Shown: positions 10,609 to 19,082 of the stretch, one piece after another
Layout of the letters: the number at the start of each line of letters is the position of its first letter
How positions within the stretch are numbered: the stretch's first letter is position 1
IMG/VR virus record: IMGVR_UViG_3300048606_000075
Span: 25,816-89,815 of that record
Reading direction: 5' to 3' (one strand)
Source of the DNA: a virus
Taxonomy: Duplodnaviria > Caudoviricetes
Length of the DNA stretch: 64,000 bases
Translations under genes and position numbers: made by a program
Notes under the pieces: model-generated
The model's database searches: none
The model's input: only the letters and a program-made list of their open reading frames with translations
Told to the model about the DNA's origin: nothing

Positions 10609-11804
10609 GTAGGTGTTCCGTGTAGAGATCCTCGCTTCAGCAATGCGTCCACCGACAACGTCCCCATGTCGTCCTCTTGACGACGACACGCCCGCATCAA
10701 CGCGGACACCTCCGCACCGCGCCCGCCAGCCAGGCTCTCCAGCCGAAGCTGCAGCCGCTCCAACACCCGATCCCACGACACCATGCCCGGCAGCGAGCGA
10801 GCGGCTACGCCGGCTCTACGCGCCGTCTCAGCGCGATTGGTGTACAGCTCCAGCATTGTCTCCGCGAGGTGGTCTTCCGATACCACCGCGCCGCGCGCAC
10901 CGGAGGAGATCTCTTTCAGCTCGTACTTCAGCGGCCAGGAGAACTCCGGGCTCATCCACTGCGCATGTCCCCCGACGTTCGTAGCGGCCACCGCCCCGCC
11001 CGAGGTGGCGAACTCGATGGCCGGTCGGTTCTTGCCCTCTCCCCAGGACGGAGCGAGCAGCACATGGGAGCTGCGGTACAGCTGGTAGATCTTCTCGATC
11101 GGCCACACCTCGCCGAAGATGCGCAACCCGGGGCACCACTGCTCCATCGCTGGATGCAGTCCTGGATAGGTTGTCTTCAGAACAAGCTCAGCGTCCTGCA
11201 GCTCGCCCGCATCGCGGAGTGACTTGAATGCGTTGATGGCCGCGAACGGATTCTTCCGATGTGAGAGCGCGCCCACCATGACGAACCGGAACGGGGAGGC
11301 ATTCCAGTCACGCTGCATCGGAGCCAGCGGGTCTACCCCGCCCTGCAAGATGTCTACGCGTTTGTGGTAAGGATCAAGTGCCTGTTTCGACACTTCGTCA
11401 TACGCGAGTACCGCATCAAACCGCGACAGCGCCTTCTCCAGATGCTCTGTCACACGGAAAGAATGCTCGCAGTTCTTAGCATTGAGTGTGTCAACGTTGT
11501 CTAGAGAATCCCATTCCCACATCGACCAGGCCAGTGCCACCGTGGCCACCGAGTACAGCCCAGCGGACTCCGGAGAAGCCGCGAGTTCCTGCGGGCACCG
11601 ATGCGAGATCAACAGATCCACGTGCTCCGGGATCTCTTTGGTCAGCAACGCCGCTACCAGCGGGGGGAGCGGTGGATGAACGCTGGATGGATGCAGGTAC
11701 AGATCCACACCCCAGCGCGCCAAAGCTCGTGCCAACTCAACAATATCATTACCATAACCGGTTATTACATTCGCCGGCCCTGATAAGAGCACTTTCATTG
11801 TCAT
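10605..11804 (-). CDS. GT-B glycosyltransferase (GT4-like)
   Basis: N-terminal TGYGNDIVELARAL; FVMVGALSHRKNP; LAPSWGEGKNRPAIEFATSGGAVAATNVGG (EX7E-type motif); ATGA overlap with upstream gene. Confidence 0.88.
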   Translation of the reverse strand: MTMKVLLSGPANVITGYGNDIVELARALARWGVDLYLHPSSVHPPLPPLVAALLTKEIPEHVDLLISHRCPQELAASPESAGLYSVATVALAWSMWEWDSLDNVDTLNAKNCEHSFRVTEHLEKALSRFDAVLAYDEVSKQALDPYHKRVDILQGGVDPLAPMQRDWNASPFRFVMVGALSHRKNPFAAINAFKSLRDAGELQDAELVLKTTYPGLHPAMEQWCPGLRIFGEVWPIEKIYQLYRSSHVLLAPSWGEGKNRPAIEFATSGGAVAATNVGGHAQWMSPEFSWPLKYELKEISSGARGAVVSEDHLAETMLELYTNRAETARRAGVAARSLPGMVSWDRVLERLQLRLESLAGGRGAEVSALMRACRRQEDDMGTLSVDALLKRGSLHGTPT

Positions 11805-12322
11805 CCTATCGAAAGGCCATAGCGAGCAGAAAGATGAACTCCGCCCTCCCAGTCTCCAACTGGATAAATATCTGGCAAGGCTTGTAACTGAGAACCCCAC
11901 ACTCGCATGCCCGGGTCGGAAGACGTCGACCCCCAGATCTCTGAGAACGCATCTGTCCGATGCAGGACAGCCTGGAAGTACTCCCAGACGGCACGGGCTC
12001 GGGGCTCCGCATCCTTCTTGATTATCGTCTGACTAGAATTCCTAGTACAGTCAGCATAGATGTCGACATAGAGACGGGGAAATCTAGCGGTGTTGTGGGA
12101 ATTAGGCCGAGTCCACGAACCCTCCTCCCGCAGCACCGCCGCTGCCGCACCTGAGCCTTCCACCACGGTCTGAAGCTCGCGCACAAACAACCACACCCCA
12201 GCAGGCGTGAACCCGACAGGCGAGCCCAACGCCGCCGCGATGCCGCTCACGGCGGAGAGTCTGCGGTGAGCGGCGGTCGCCAAATCTGTCGCCGCTAACA
12301 ACTGTAGAAATGGACCGCTCAT
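11801..12322 (-). CDS. probable tail terminator protein
   Basis: 173 aa, last of four neck genes; PRLYVDIYA beta-strand pattern; position-based. Confidence 0.55.
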   Translation of the reverse strand: MSGPFLQLLAATDLATAAHRRLSAVSGIAAALGSPVGFTPAGVWLFVRELQTVVEGSGAAAAVLREEGSWTRPNSHNTARFPRLYVDIYADCTRNSSQTIIKKDAEPRARAVWEYFQAVLHRTDAFSEIWGSTSSDPGMRVWGSQLQALPDIYPVGDWEGGVHLSARYGLSIG

Positions 12323-12348
12323 CGCATCCTCTGACAGGAATTTCTGGA

Positions 12349-12696
12349 TTAACCCTTCACAGAAGCGAACATCGCTTCTTCAAACTGAGAATCCAACACC
12401 TCCATAGGTGCTAAGAAATCGTGGTCGCCACCACGTCGCTGCTCGTATCCGGCATATCCACTACCGTGGTGCACCGCGTCATACGTGACTTCGCCGTGCC
12501 ACTCATCACCATGCACCGAAGACCTAGACGACCCGGAGGCTTTCAACCGTCCGGAGATCACGTGGGTGACCGCCTGGGTCTGGGCAAAGCCCTCCGCGAG
12601 CACGGCGTTCAACGCCTCGCGTACCAGCGGGTGCACCTGCTCGTGTCTGTTGAGCGTCAGCGTCCACTGATGATCATCCAACCAGATACGGAACAT
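12349..12696 (-). CDS. probable neck/tail completion protein
   Basis: TGATG coupling to the head-closure gene; GRLKAS and YAGYE motifs typical of HK97 gp10-like proteins. Confidence 0.55.
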   Translation of the reverse strand: MFRIWLDDHQWTLTLNRHEQVHPLVREALNAVLAEGFAQTQAVTHVISGRLKASGSSRSSVHGDEWHGEVTYDAVHHGSGYAGYEQRRGGDHDFLAPMEVLDSQFEEAMFASVKG

Positions 12697-13097
12697 CACG
12701 ACTCCCCAGCCGAGAGCGCACCCGAAGCAATGCTGGGCGCGACCTCTATGCATTGACCTTCAAGATGATGAAGATGACGCATGTTTTGCGCACGATCAGG
12801 GGCCGTCCGTACCTGCCAGGTGCCGATGATGGGCCCAGAGACGCACTCCAAGTGATCCCCCGGCTGCAGTCGCGTGCCGGGGGCAACCCAATAGACCGCG
12901 ACCCGATCCGGAGCGCGGCCAGCTTGGATCGGCATGGGCATGTCTTTGCCAGGACGATAGAAGTTGACCTCGATGCGGCAGTTGAGCCGGGTCAGCCCCG
13001 CCACCTCTACCCAGGTCGACTCCAAGACGCCGTCCACCATCACCGCGCGTGGCCGCAGCACACGCACGAGACTCGGAAGTAGCCAGGTGGAAATCAT
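12696..13097 (-). CDS. head closure / stopper protein
   Basis: 133 aa; LQPGDHLE..GTWQVRTAPD...HHLE pattern of SPP1 gp16-like proteins. Confidence 0.7.
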   Translation of the reverse strand: MISTWLLPSLVRVLRPRAVMVDGVLESTWVEVAGLTRLNCRIEVNFYRPGKDMPMPIQAGRAPDRVAVYWVAPGTRLQPGDHLECVSGPIIGTWQVRTAPDRAQNMRHLHHLEGQCIEVAPSIASGALSAGES

Positions 13098-13624
13098 TAG
13101 TCAGGCTGCTCGCTCACACCCAGGTAGCGCTTCGGGCCTTGCGTGAAGTGCTCGGTGTCCGCCGGCCCGATCAGGATGTAGTCTTGACCGATCTTGCGCA
13201 CATCGCCGGAACGATCGAAGGCAGCAATCGAGGTGCTCGAAATGCTCTGGCTGGCATCGCTGGAATTCCACGCCAGCCGCTCCACGGCCAGGTCAAACCA
13301 CGAGATCCCGGTGGGGATGCCCTGCAACACGCTGCCCTCAACGAGGGTGTACGTATACGAACCGATTGTCTCAGACTTGAATGGAGACGTTCGAAGATCC
13401 CGATAATTGTTACCCTCGAACAGCGCTTCCGCCATAGACAAAATGCCACGGACAGCGAGTCTGCCGTCTAAAGTATTGCGGTCAGGCAGGGTGGGAATCC
13501 GGGTTGCGATCTCAAACAAGTCACCAGCTTGAGCGAGAGCCTCCATGACATAGTTATTGTCATAGTGCTCGATGTCCTTACCAGTAAACTGACTTAGATC
13601 AACTTCTGTCAACCCGGAGTCCAC
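13097..13624 (-). CDS. head-to-tail adaptor
   Basis: FKSETIGSYTYTL motif typical of gp15-like adaptors; first neck gene. Confidence 0.7.
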   Translation of the reverse strand: MDSGLTEVDLSQFTGKDIEHYDNNYVMEALAQAGDLFEIATRIPTLPDRNTLDGRLAVRGILSMAEALFEGNNYRDLRTSPFKSETIGSYTYTLVEGSVLQGIPTGISWFDLAVERLAWNSSDASQSISSTSIAAFDRSGDVRKIGQDYILIGPADTEHFTQGPKRYLGVSEQPD

Positions 13625-13637
13625 CGCAGCCTCCCGA

Positions 13638-14354
13638 CTACCTATTTTCTAACGAAGTGGATGTCAGCCTGGTAATAGTCGGGGCAGCACGGCCACGACT
13701 GCGCTCAGCGGCTGCAGCGGAGTCGTTGTCCCATTCCGATCCAGGCCACGGCCCGAGCCCGAACATGATCCGCTTGTAGCGTCGGAGCTGCTCCGACTCC
13801 GTGAGCAGCACCCAGGAGTTACCCTTGATATCCTTGGTGTCTTCCCAGGCGGGGTCACCTACGACGAACTCCAACTCCTGGCCGCGATACCACACCCGAC
13901 CGTTGGCGGTGAAGCCGTCTTCACGGATGTGGATGAGCACGATCTGCCCATCTTTCAAATCCTGGGACACCGGGGCAGCAGCCCAGGTCGACGGATCCAA
14001 CTGCTTGCCGGTCACCCGCGAGCGCGCCTCGGCCAGCTCCTGCTCCAGCCGACGCACCAGCTCGGTGTCAGCGGTTGTCACAGCTCTAGACGTAGGAGGT
14101 TCAGGAGCGCTAGGAGCGTTAGTAATCACGTTCTCGGGTGATGCGGGGGGAGCGGGCTTCGAAGCCGCCACAGGAGCGGCTGGGGGGCCATCCGGCACCG
14201 GCTCAGGGTCTGGCGGCACGATGTAATCCGCCAGATCATCGTCGGGCTCGGTGGACGCGATCACGTCCGGCGCATCCTCTGGAGTCACCTGCCCCTTGGC
14301 ACGGGCAGTGGTGCCGCGCCCGGGTGGTGGTCCGAACTTTGGTTCGTTGGGCAT
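13638..14354 (-). CDS. hypothetical protein with Pro-rich N-terminus
   Basis: 238 aa, SD AGGAG, GC3-rich codon usage. Confidence 0.7.
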   Translation of the reverse strand: MPNEPKFGPPPGRGTTARAKGQVTPEDAPDVIASTEPDDDLADYIVPPDPEPVPDGPPAAPVAASKPAPPASPENVITNAPSAPEPPTSRAVTTADTELVRRLEQELAEARSRVTGKQLDPSTWAAAPVSQDLKDGQIVLIHIREDGFTANGRVWYRGQELEFVVGDPAWEDTKDIKGNSWVLLTESEQLRRYKRIMFGLGPWPGSEWDNDSAAAAERSRGRAAPTITRLTSTSLENR

Positions 14355-14374
14355 TTATATGCTCCTGGTCGATG

Positions 14375-14731
14375 CTAGTAGTTGCCGACTGCGGTGTCGT
14401 CATGCGACACCGTCTGACCGATGTTGGGCACGGCCCACACACCCAGCGCGCCGGCCGCCGCGATCAGCATCTGGATCACTTCGACCGTCTGGATGCCGCC
14501 GGTGATGGCTGACGCCAGCACGGTCAAGATTGCCGCCAGAGCGGACAGCACCAGCTTGGTGACCGGGGCACCCGGGATGTTGGGGCCGTAGAACACGGCA
14601 GCCGCACCCACGCCGACGATCGCCACGTTGACCCACTCAATGGAGTCAACGATGTTGTCACCGGCCAGTGCCGCTACGACAGCAACAGCGATGGTGACCA
14701 ACACCTGCATGAGGAGCTTGGCGTACTTCAT
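14375..14731 (-). CDS. putative holin (four TM segments, internal duplication)
   Basis: MKYAKLLMQVLVTIAVAVV...; two similar halves ending VFYGPN and VWAVPN; SD GAAGGAGG. Confidence 0.7.
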   Translation of the reverse strand: MKYAKLLMQVLVTIAVAVVAALAGDNIVDSIEWVNVAIVGVGAAAVFYGPNIPGAPVTKLVLSALAAILTVLASAITGGIQTVEVIQMLIAAAGALGVWAVPNIGQTVSHDDTAVGNY

Positions 14732-14817
14732 GACTTGTCCTCCTTCGAGCACGGAGAATCCGAGCCTCATGGAGGACTTCGACCTAGTGATCCGCGAGTC
14801 GAAGTCTCGTCATAACG

Positions 14818-14994
14818 CTAAACTCCACCCCTGACCAGATGCACCACACACAAGATCAAGAGGACGGCGGCGGCGATCCAACAGATGATCGCCACAATCG
14901 AGCTGATCGGATATGGGAATAGTGGTGCGAGCAGGAAGGCGATCAGCAGACACACCACACCGCCGATGAGGCAACCAACCCAGTTCGTTCTCAT
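14818..14994 (-). CDS. 58-aa two-TM membrane protein (not in ORF track)
   Basis: MRTNWVGCLIGGVVCLLIAFLLAPLFPYPISSIVAIICWIAAAVLLILCVVHLVRGGV*. Confidence 0.65.
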   Translation of the reverse strand: MRTNWVGCLIGGVVCLLIAFLLAPLFPYPISSIVAIICWIAAAVLLILCVVHLVRGGV

Positions 14995-15021
14995 GCATTA
15001 GTCTTCGGCTTTTCAGACAAA

Positions 15022-15046
15022 AGGACCGGACATGGTGTCCGGTCCT
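15022..15046 (-). terminator. intrinsic terminator
   Basis: Perfect 11-bp stem AGGACCGGACA/TGTCCGGTCCT followed by TTT on the minus strand. Confidence 0.85.
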
Positions 15047-15049
15047 CTG

Positions 15050-15271
15050 TCATTCAGGAAGTTCCCCAGTTGACTTCCAATGTTCTAATTCTCTCTTCGT
15101 CCACCCCAGATACCAGTGTAATGGCTCACGGGAAAACTGAGATTGTCCACTCCACGCAAGGATTAAATTATGTACTTCTTCTAGATTGAGAATCCTACGA
15201 GGTTCTCCGCCTGCATGAAGATGAAACTCGTTCCAACGTGCCGCCGCTGCCTCTGGGTCTTCCGTACTCAA
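15050..15271 (-). CDS. hypothetical protein
   Basis: Likely TTG start overlapping the stop of the upstream micro-ORF (MSTEDPEAAAARW...). Confidence 0.6.
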   Translation of the reverse strand: MSTEDPEAAAARWNEFHLHAGGEPRRILNLEEVHNLILAWSGQSQFSREPLHWYLGWTKRELEHWKSTGELPE

Positions 15272-15345
15272 CAAATGCAGTAGTTGTATGGCCGTCCGCA
15301 ATGCGTGCAGCTATCACGGCCTAGCCACTTGAGAAACTTTCGCAC
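15268..15345 (-). CDS. 25-aa Cys-rich micro-ORF
   Basis: VRKFLKWLGRDSCTHCGRPYNYCIC*; SD GAGGGG; stop overlaps next start. Confidence 0.45.
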   Translation of the reverse strand: MRKFLKWLGRDSCTHCGRPYNYCIC

Positions 15346-15419
15346 TTCATCTCCCCTCAGCATCAGGGCTGAAGTTCTACCCCTTACACCACAGGAAACG
15401 TACGAACTTGTATAACAAA

Positions 15420-15782
15420 TCAGCCTGGAGGACCCGGCGGACCAGCGGGGCCCCGGTTAGCGATCAACAGCAGGTGCACACAGTCGATCAACTGAACCGC
15501 GTCATCATCCAGCAGTACAGGAGATTCTTCGTCGTCATCGTCGTAGTAACCCAGTCGCCGCTCGGCCATCTCCCGGTGCAGGTCCCACAGCAGCCCGCAG
15601 ACACTACACACCACGGACGCGACGGGGCACGGCTCGTCTTCTTCGATCACTGGTGTTACCTCAATGATTTCCGTGACAGTATCTACGGGGCCATCCGCAT
15701 CGGGGACATATGACGGCGGATCTTCCGAGTCCGATCGCACACAGCCCAACCTTCGCACCCAGCCGCACGGCGAGAAACGCAT
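15420..15782 (-). CDS. hypothetical acidic protein ending in GPAGPPGPPG
   Basis: ORF track; CxxC motif; start uncertain. Confidence 0.55.
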   Translation of the reverse strand: MRFSPCGWVRRLGCVRSDSEDPPSYVPDADGPVDTVTEIIEVTPVIEEDEPCPVASVVCSVCGLLWDLHREMAERRLGYYDDDDEESPVLLDDDAVQLIDCVHLLLIANRGPAGPPGPPG

Positions 15783-15788
15783 GCATAG

Positions 15789-16076
15789 CTACTCGACACC
15801 TTCAGTGATCAAAACCTGCGCCACCGCTTGTAGCGCGGCTGACTGGCACCGAGCGAACACCTCATCGGAAAGAAACCGATTCCCCACGGCCAGCACCATC
15901 GCTCGGTCCCCCTCATTGTGGTGGTGCTCGGCCAGCGCCTTCTCCACGGTGCGCGCGACCGGCTCGGCCCAGCGTGGATGGGAGTCCAGGTCAGTGGCGT
16001 ACAGCCGCGTGCTCTCCGGGCCGGTGTCCGGGTTGGACCAGCCCAACACGGCGGGGATCAGCGTCAAGATACTCAC
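15789..16076 (-). CDS. hypothetical protein
   Basis: 95 aa in a tightly packed operon. Confidence 0.6.
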   Translation of the reverse strand: MSILTLIPAVLGWSNPDTGPESTRLYATDLDSHPRWAEPVARTVEKALAEHHHNEGDRAMVLAVGNRFLSDEVFARCQSAALQAVAQVLITEGVE

Positions 16077-16078
16077 TG

Positions 16079-16291
16079 TTAACCATTTTCTGGATTGGTA
16101 TGAATACTATTCACTTTGGAGAAATTAATGTTAACAAACTCTCCAGAAGGAATATCTGTCACTTCAAAGTAAGCGGAGAAGCTGTCTCCATCCAAGAATT
16201 CCTTGAATGCAATACTAACTAAGATAGCTGTATCGTCCTCAACAACTACCTTAAGCTCATACATGTCAAAACGAAATGCAACACGCTTCAC
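16079..16291 (-). CDS. hypothetical protein
   Basis: 70 aa, AT-rich, GTGA overlap with upstream gene. Confidence 0.6.
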   Translation of the reverse strand: MKRVAFRFDMYELKVVVEDDTAILVSIAFKEFLDGDSFSAYFEVTDIPSGEFVNINFSKVNSIHTNPENG

Positions 16292-16515
16292 TTAGAGAAC
16301 CTCTCCAGATAGTCCACGAACAGCTGAGGGTCCCCCGCCAGCTCGATAGCGATCACCGCGCACAGACACGGCAGGCACAGCAGGGCTCGCTTCTGATCCG
16401 GGACCAGCGCGGACACCCTCCGGTCGCCTCGCTCGAAGTACTCCGGCTCTCCACAAGCCGCACAGACCCCGCCCTGCTTCTCGAACAGCTTGCGATAACG
16501 CTTGGTAGAGATCAC
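16288..16515 (-). CDS. truncated/degenerate endonuclease VII-like protein
   Basis: YRKLFEKQGGVCAACGEPE...LLCLPC; lacks the catalytic VDH motif. Confidence 0.65.
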   Translation of the reverse strand: MISTKRYRKLFEKQGGVCAACGEPEYFERGDRRVSALVPDQKRALLCLPCLCAVIAIELAGDPQLFVDYLERFSK

Positions 16516-16516
16516 C

Positions 16517-16538
16517 GGCTAAACCTCCTGGTTTAGCC
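16517..16538 (-). promoter_or_regulatory. perfect 9-bp hairpin enclosing the Shine-Dalgarno of the EndoVII-like gene
   Basis: GGCTAAACC-AGGA-GGTTTAGCC, 1 nt before the GTG start. Confidence 0.7.
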
Positions 16539-16548
16539 TTCGCTCCGG

Positions 16549-16770
16549 TCACATCAAAGACACAGGAGACTTAGGCGACCCGACCACCACATAGACCCAA
16601 CCACCAGCTATGTCGAACGGGTAGTGCTCGATCGTCCGGACCGTCGCCCGCTCCCCACCCGGGAGAACAATTAGCTCGCCCTCACGCGGCAAACAGTCCA
16701 AGAGCACGACCAGACTGGAATCTCGGTACTTCACCGCGTGCTCGCCCACAACGGAGAACTGAACCCTCAT
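16549..16770 (-). CDS. hypothetical protein
   Basis: MRVQFSVVGEH...LPREGELIVL...VRTIEHYP; ATGA overlap with upstream micro-ORF. Confidence 0.65.
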   Translation of the reverse strand: MRVQFSVVGEHAVKYRDSSLVVLLDCLPREGELIVLPGGERATVRTIEHYPFDIAGGWVYVVVGSPKSPVSLM

Positions 16771-16841
16771 GACCCGGACAACCCTAACCAGAGAACGACG
16801 ACAGCACCGAGAATCACCAAGAACCAGCCAATTCCGTTCAT
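16767..16841 (-). CDS. 24-aa single-TM micropeptide
   Basis: MNGIGWFLVILGAVVVLWLGLSGS*; fills the gap between genes; stop overlaps next ATG. Confidence 0.55.
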   Translation of the reverse strand: MNGIGWFLVILGAVVVLWLGLSGS

Positions 16842-16844
16842 GAC

Positions 16845-17039
16845 TCAGCCTCCCCACTTCGCGGGCAGAAACCCGCCTCGACCGACCCACTCGTTCAGCG
16901 CATCGGCATGCTCGGTGAGCACCCGACCAGCGTTGGCCAGCGCTTCCAGGGTGTCCGGGTTCGCCAACGAATCTCGACGAAGCTCGTCTATTTCTGCCAA
17001 GCTACGTTCGATCTGGAGCAACGCCTCATCCGGGTCCAT
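16845..17039 (-). CDS. hypothetical protein (MDP...GGFLP type), paralog of the adjacent gene
   Basis: Aligns with 17055..17264. Confidence 0.75.
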   Translation of the reverse strand: MDPDEALLQIERSLAEIDELRRDSLANPDTLEALANAGRVLTEHADALNEWVGRGGFLPAKWGG

Positions 17040-17054
17040 ACAGTCGTTCTACCC

Positions 17055-17264
17055 TCAGTAGCGGCTTGCCCCGCTGTCCAACTGCGCGGGACGCACCCCG
17101 CCGGCCGCGAGCCACTCGCTCAGGTCGCTGCCCAGCTCATAGACCCGCTGCCCAGCGAGGGCCACGGCGGCAATCGCCTCCGAGTTGGCCCACATGTTCG
17201 CGCGCAGCTCGTCCAGCTCCACTAACGCAGCCATCAACAAGCGGTACGTCTCTTCAGGATCCAT
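17055..17264 (-). CDS. hypothetical protein, paralog of the adjacent gene
   Basis: MDPEETYRLL...LSEWLAAGGVRP. Confidence 0.75.
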   Translation of the reverse strand: MDPEETYRLLMAALVELDELRANMWANSEAIAAVALAGQRVYELGSDLSEWLAAGGVRPAQLDSGASRY

Positions 17265-17273
17265 GTGCCTGTC

Positions 17274-17486
17274 CTACCGTTGCTCTTCTTCATACGCGCG
17301 GGCTTCCGCTTCGTAGGCCGCCTCGACGGTTTCGGGCGTACAGCCCTGCTCACACGGCCACGGATCGGCCGGGACCACACCCGGGTAGGGGCTGAAATCA
17401 TCGGTGTCTATCACATAGATGTGATGGCCGTGTGGGCACCAAACTCCGTAGATGAACGCCGGTACGCCCTTGATCAGCTCTTCCAT
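17274..17486 (-). CDS. hypothetical protein
   Basis: MEELIKGVPAFIYGVWCPHGHH...; start uncertain. Confidence 0.6.
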   Translation of the reverse strand: MEELIKGVPAFIYGVWCPHGHHIYVIDTDDFSPYPGVVPADPWPCEQGCTPETVEAAYEAEARAYEEEQR

Positions 17487-17487
17487 G

Positions 17488-17667
17488 TCACGATTCATTC
17501 CCCGCGTTGGATAGCACAACAAGCCCCAACTCATGCGCCCGCGCCAAGATATACCAGTGAACAGTTGCACAGTGAAGACAGATGAACGGATATCTCGGAG
17601 TGGCAGTCAGCTGACGCAACCAACCTTTGTCTTCGACAAGGGGACGGAAGAGATGCTCACAATTCAT
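17488..17667 (-). CDS. 59-aa Cys/His protein (not in ORF track)
   Basis: MNCEHLFRP...FICLHCATVHW...*; ATGA overlap upstream and abuts the next gene. Confidence 0.55.
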   Translation of the reverse strand: MNCEHLFRPLVEDKGWLRQLTATPRYPFICLHCATVHWYILARAHELGLVVLSNAGNES

Positions 17668-17867
17668 CGTAAGTAATACTCCAAGATTTTCTTACTTGCC
17701 AAGTCTATACGCTGAGCAGCACACCGAAGCTCCGTGATTCGCTGGGCCACTGTGTAATGCCGAGACCCCTCAGCACGAGGGATGTCTTGCATGCTCTCTG
17801 TAATCTCATCAAAAGCACGATCAACGTCATAAATGAATCGTTGATACGCTTCTTCAAAAGTCGCCAC
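17664..17867 (-). CDS. hypothetical protein
   Basis: 67 aa helical; preceded by the GGTAGTAC motif. Confidence 0.65.
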   Translation of the reverse strand: MATFEEAYQRFIYDVDRAFDEITESMQDIPRAEGSRHYTVAQRITELRCAAQRIDLASKKILEYYLR

Positions 17868-17876
17868 AATCGAGTA

Positions 17877-17981
17877 CTACCGCCAATGATAGAGCGCCAA
17901 CCCGAGCAGCAACGCGACCATGAGGACGAACCAGAACTGCCCCGCGCTGGTGATGCACTGCCCCAACACCACACATGTCAC
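17877..17981 (-). CDS. 34-aa membrane micropeptide (not in ORF track)
   Basis: MTCVVLGQCITSAGQFWFVLMVALLLGLALYHWR*; GGTAGAAC motif 6 nt upstream. Confidence 0.55.
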   Translation of the reverse strand: MTCVVLGQCITSAGQFWFVLMVALLLGLALYHWR

Positions 17982-18011
17982 GGACACGTTCTACCCGGAT
18001 AGCTCAGCCCC

Positions 18012-18104
18012 GGACCGGGGTGGGACTCGAACCCACATCCTATGCCGCGCGGTCCGGGACCTAGGCGCGGTGGCTTGGCCTTCGCTTCTACGCCCTGGCC
18101 GGTC
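18012..18104 (-). pseudogene. tRNA-like element / degenerate tRNA
   Basis: Perfect T arm GTGGG-TTCGAGT-CCCAC, 6-bp stem CCGCGC/GCGCGG with an enlarged loop, imperfect acceptor stem. Confidence 0.4.
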
Positions 18105-18234
18105 GGTGCACTACGACCAGCTGTGCCGGCAAGCTTACAGACAACCGCCCTCCGCTGGATCTATCAACGAAGGGCGGCGTAGCGCAAGATGAAACGGTAT
18201 TCGGCACAGCTTGTAATGTCTAAATACTACCCGC

Positions 18235-18582
18235 TCAGTACTCAAACGTGTCCGGGGAGAAGCGCTGCGGGGGAGCATCTTCCACCTTCAGCTCGGGATC
18301 CACAAACTCCCGGACCCGCGCCCGGCGATTCCGGCACCGCTCGGCGGTGTGCTCGTCGGGTGGATAGCAGCCGAACGAACACGGTCGCATCTCCAACGGC
18401 AACCCAGAGATGCCCTCGGTGCGCAGCTTCGCCCCGCAGTTCTCGCACTTGTCATCTTCATCCCGACACCCGGTGCAGAGCCTCCAGCGCGACGGAGACT
18501 TCTCCGCTTCACGGACTGCTCTGTCATAAGAAAACTCTGGATGACCGGGGTTGTAGAACATATCAAAATCGGTAGTAGGCAT
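18235..18582 (-). CDS. Cys-rich hypothetical protein
   Basis: Several CxxC motifs; start placed after the GGTAGAAC motif. Confidence 0.65.
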   Translation of the reverse strand: MPTTDFDMFYNPGHPEFSYDRAVREAEKSPSRWRLCTGCRDEDDKCENCGAKLRTEGISGLPLEMRPCSFGCYPPDEHTAERCRNRRARVREFVDPELKVEDAPPQRFSPDTFEY

Positions 18583-18590
18583 ATACGGTT

Positions 18591-18815
18591 CTACCCTTTG
18601 TCGGGCTCGAATGCCGCGTCGATTGCGTCGTAGAGCTTGCGCTTCAACTCCCAACGCAGCTGATCCCGGGCCACCGCATCGGTGTAGTCGGCCACCCTCG
18701 GGGTCACCGAGACCACCCCGGACACCATGCGCAGCGCGGTCGTGATGGCGTCGATGTCATCGATACGGCGGTCCTTGTCCAGGACAACCAGGAAAGAGTT
18801 CACACGTTCAGTCAT
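18591..18815 (-). CDS. hypothetical protein
   Basis: 74 aa; motif-preceded start. Confidence 0.7.
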   Translation of the reverse strand: MTERVNSFLVVLDKDRRIDDIDAITTALRMVSGVVSVTPRVADYTDAVARDQLRWELKRKLYDAIDAAFEPDKG

Positions 18816-19081
18816 AGCCGTGTCCTACCGTCACGGCGGGGGCGACCAAACCGATTCTCGAAGTCCTGGACCATGTCCTCCACGACCATGCGCTGCTCAG
18901 GTGTGATGTGAGTGAGAACCACACCCTCACGGTGATACACGGCGTGCGCAGCCTTCCGCTCGGACAGACCCCACGACTCACAATGATTGAAGTTAAACGT
19001 CAGCGTGATCTCGCCGCGCGCTTCAGCCTGCTCCTTGGTGTCCCAGGTGAAGGTTCCGTGCGATGTAACTAAGCTAGGCAT
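18812..19081 (-). CDS. hypothetical protein
   Basis: 89 aa; SD GGAGG. Confidence 0.65.
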   Translation of the reverse strand: MPSLVTSHGTFTWDTKEQAEARGEITLTFNFNHCESWGLSERKAAHAVYHREGVVLTHITPEQRMVVEDMVQDFENRFGRPRRDGRTRL

Positions 19082-19082
19082 G

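Noticed and set aside
9151-13624. Contractile tail sheath or baseplate wedge genes
   Set aside because: No sheath-sized gene between neck and tape measure; layout fits a non-contractile tail.
18012-18040. Integration system (attP plus integrase)
   Set aside because: No tyrosine or serine recombinase, repressor or partition gene in the window; attP kept only as a minor alternative.
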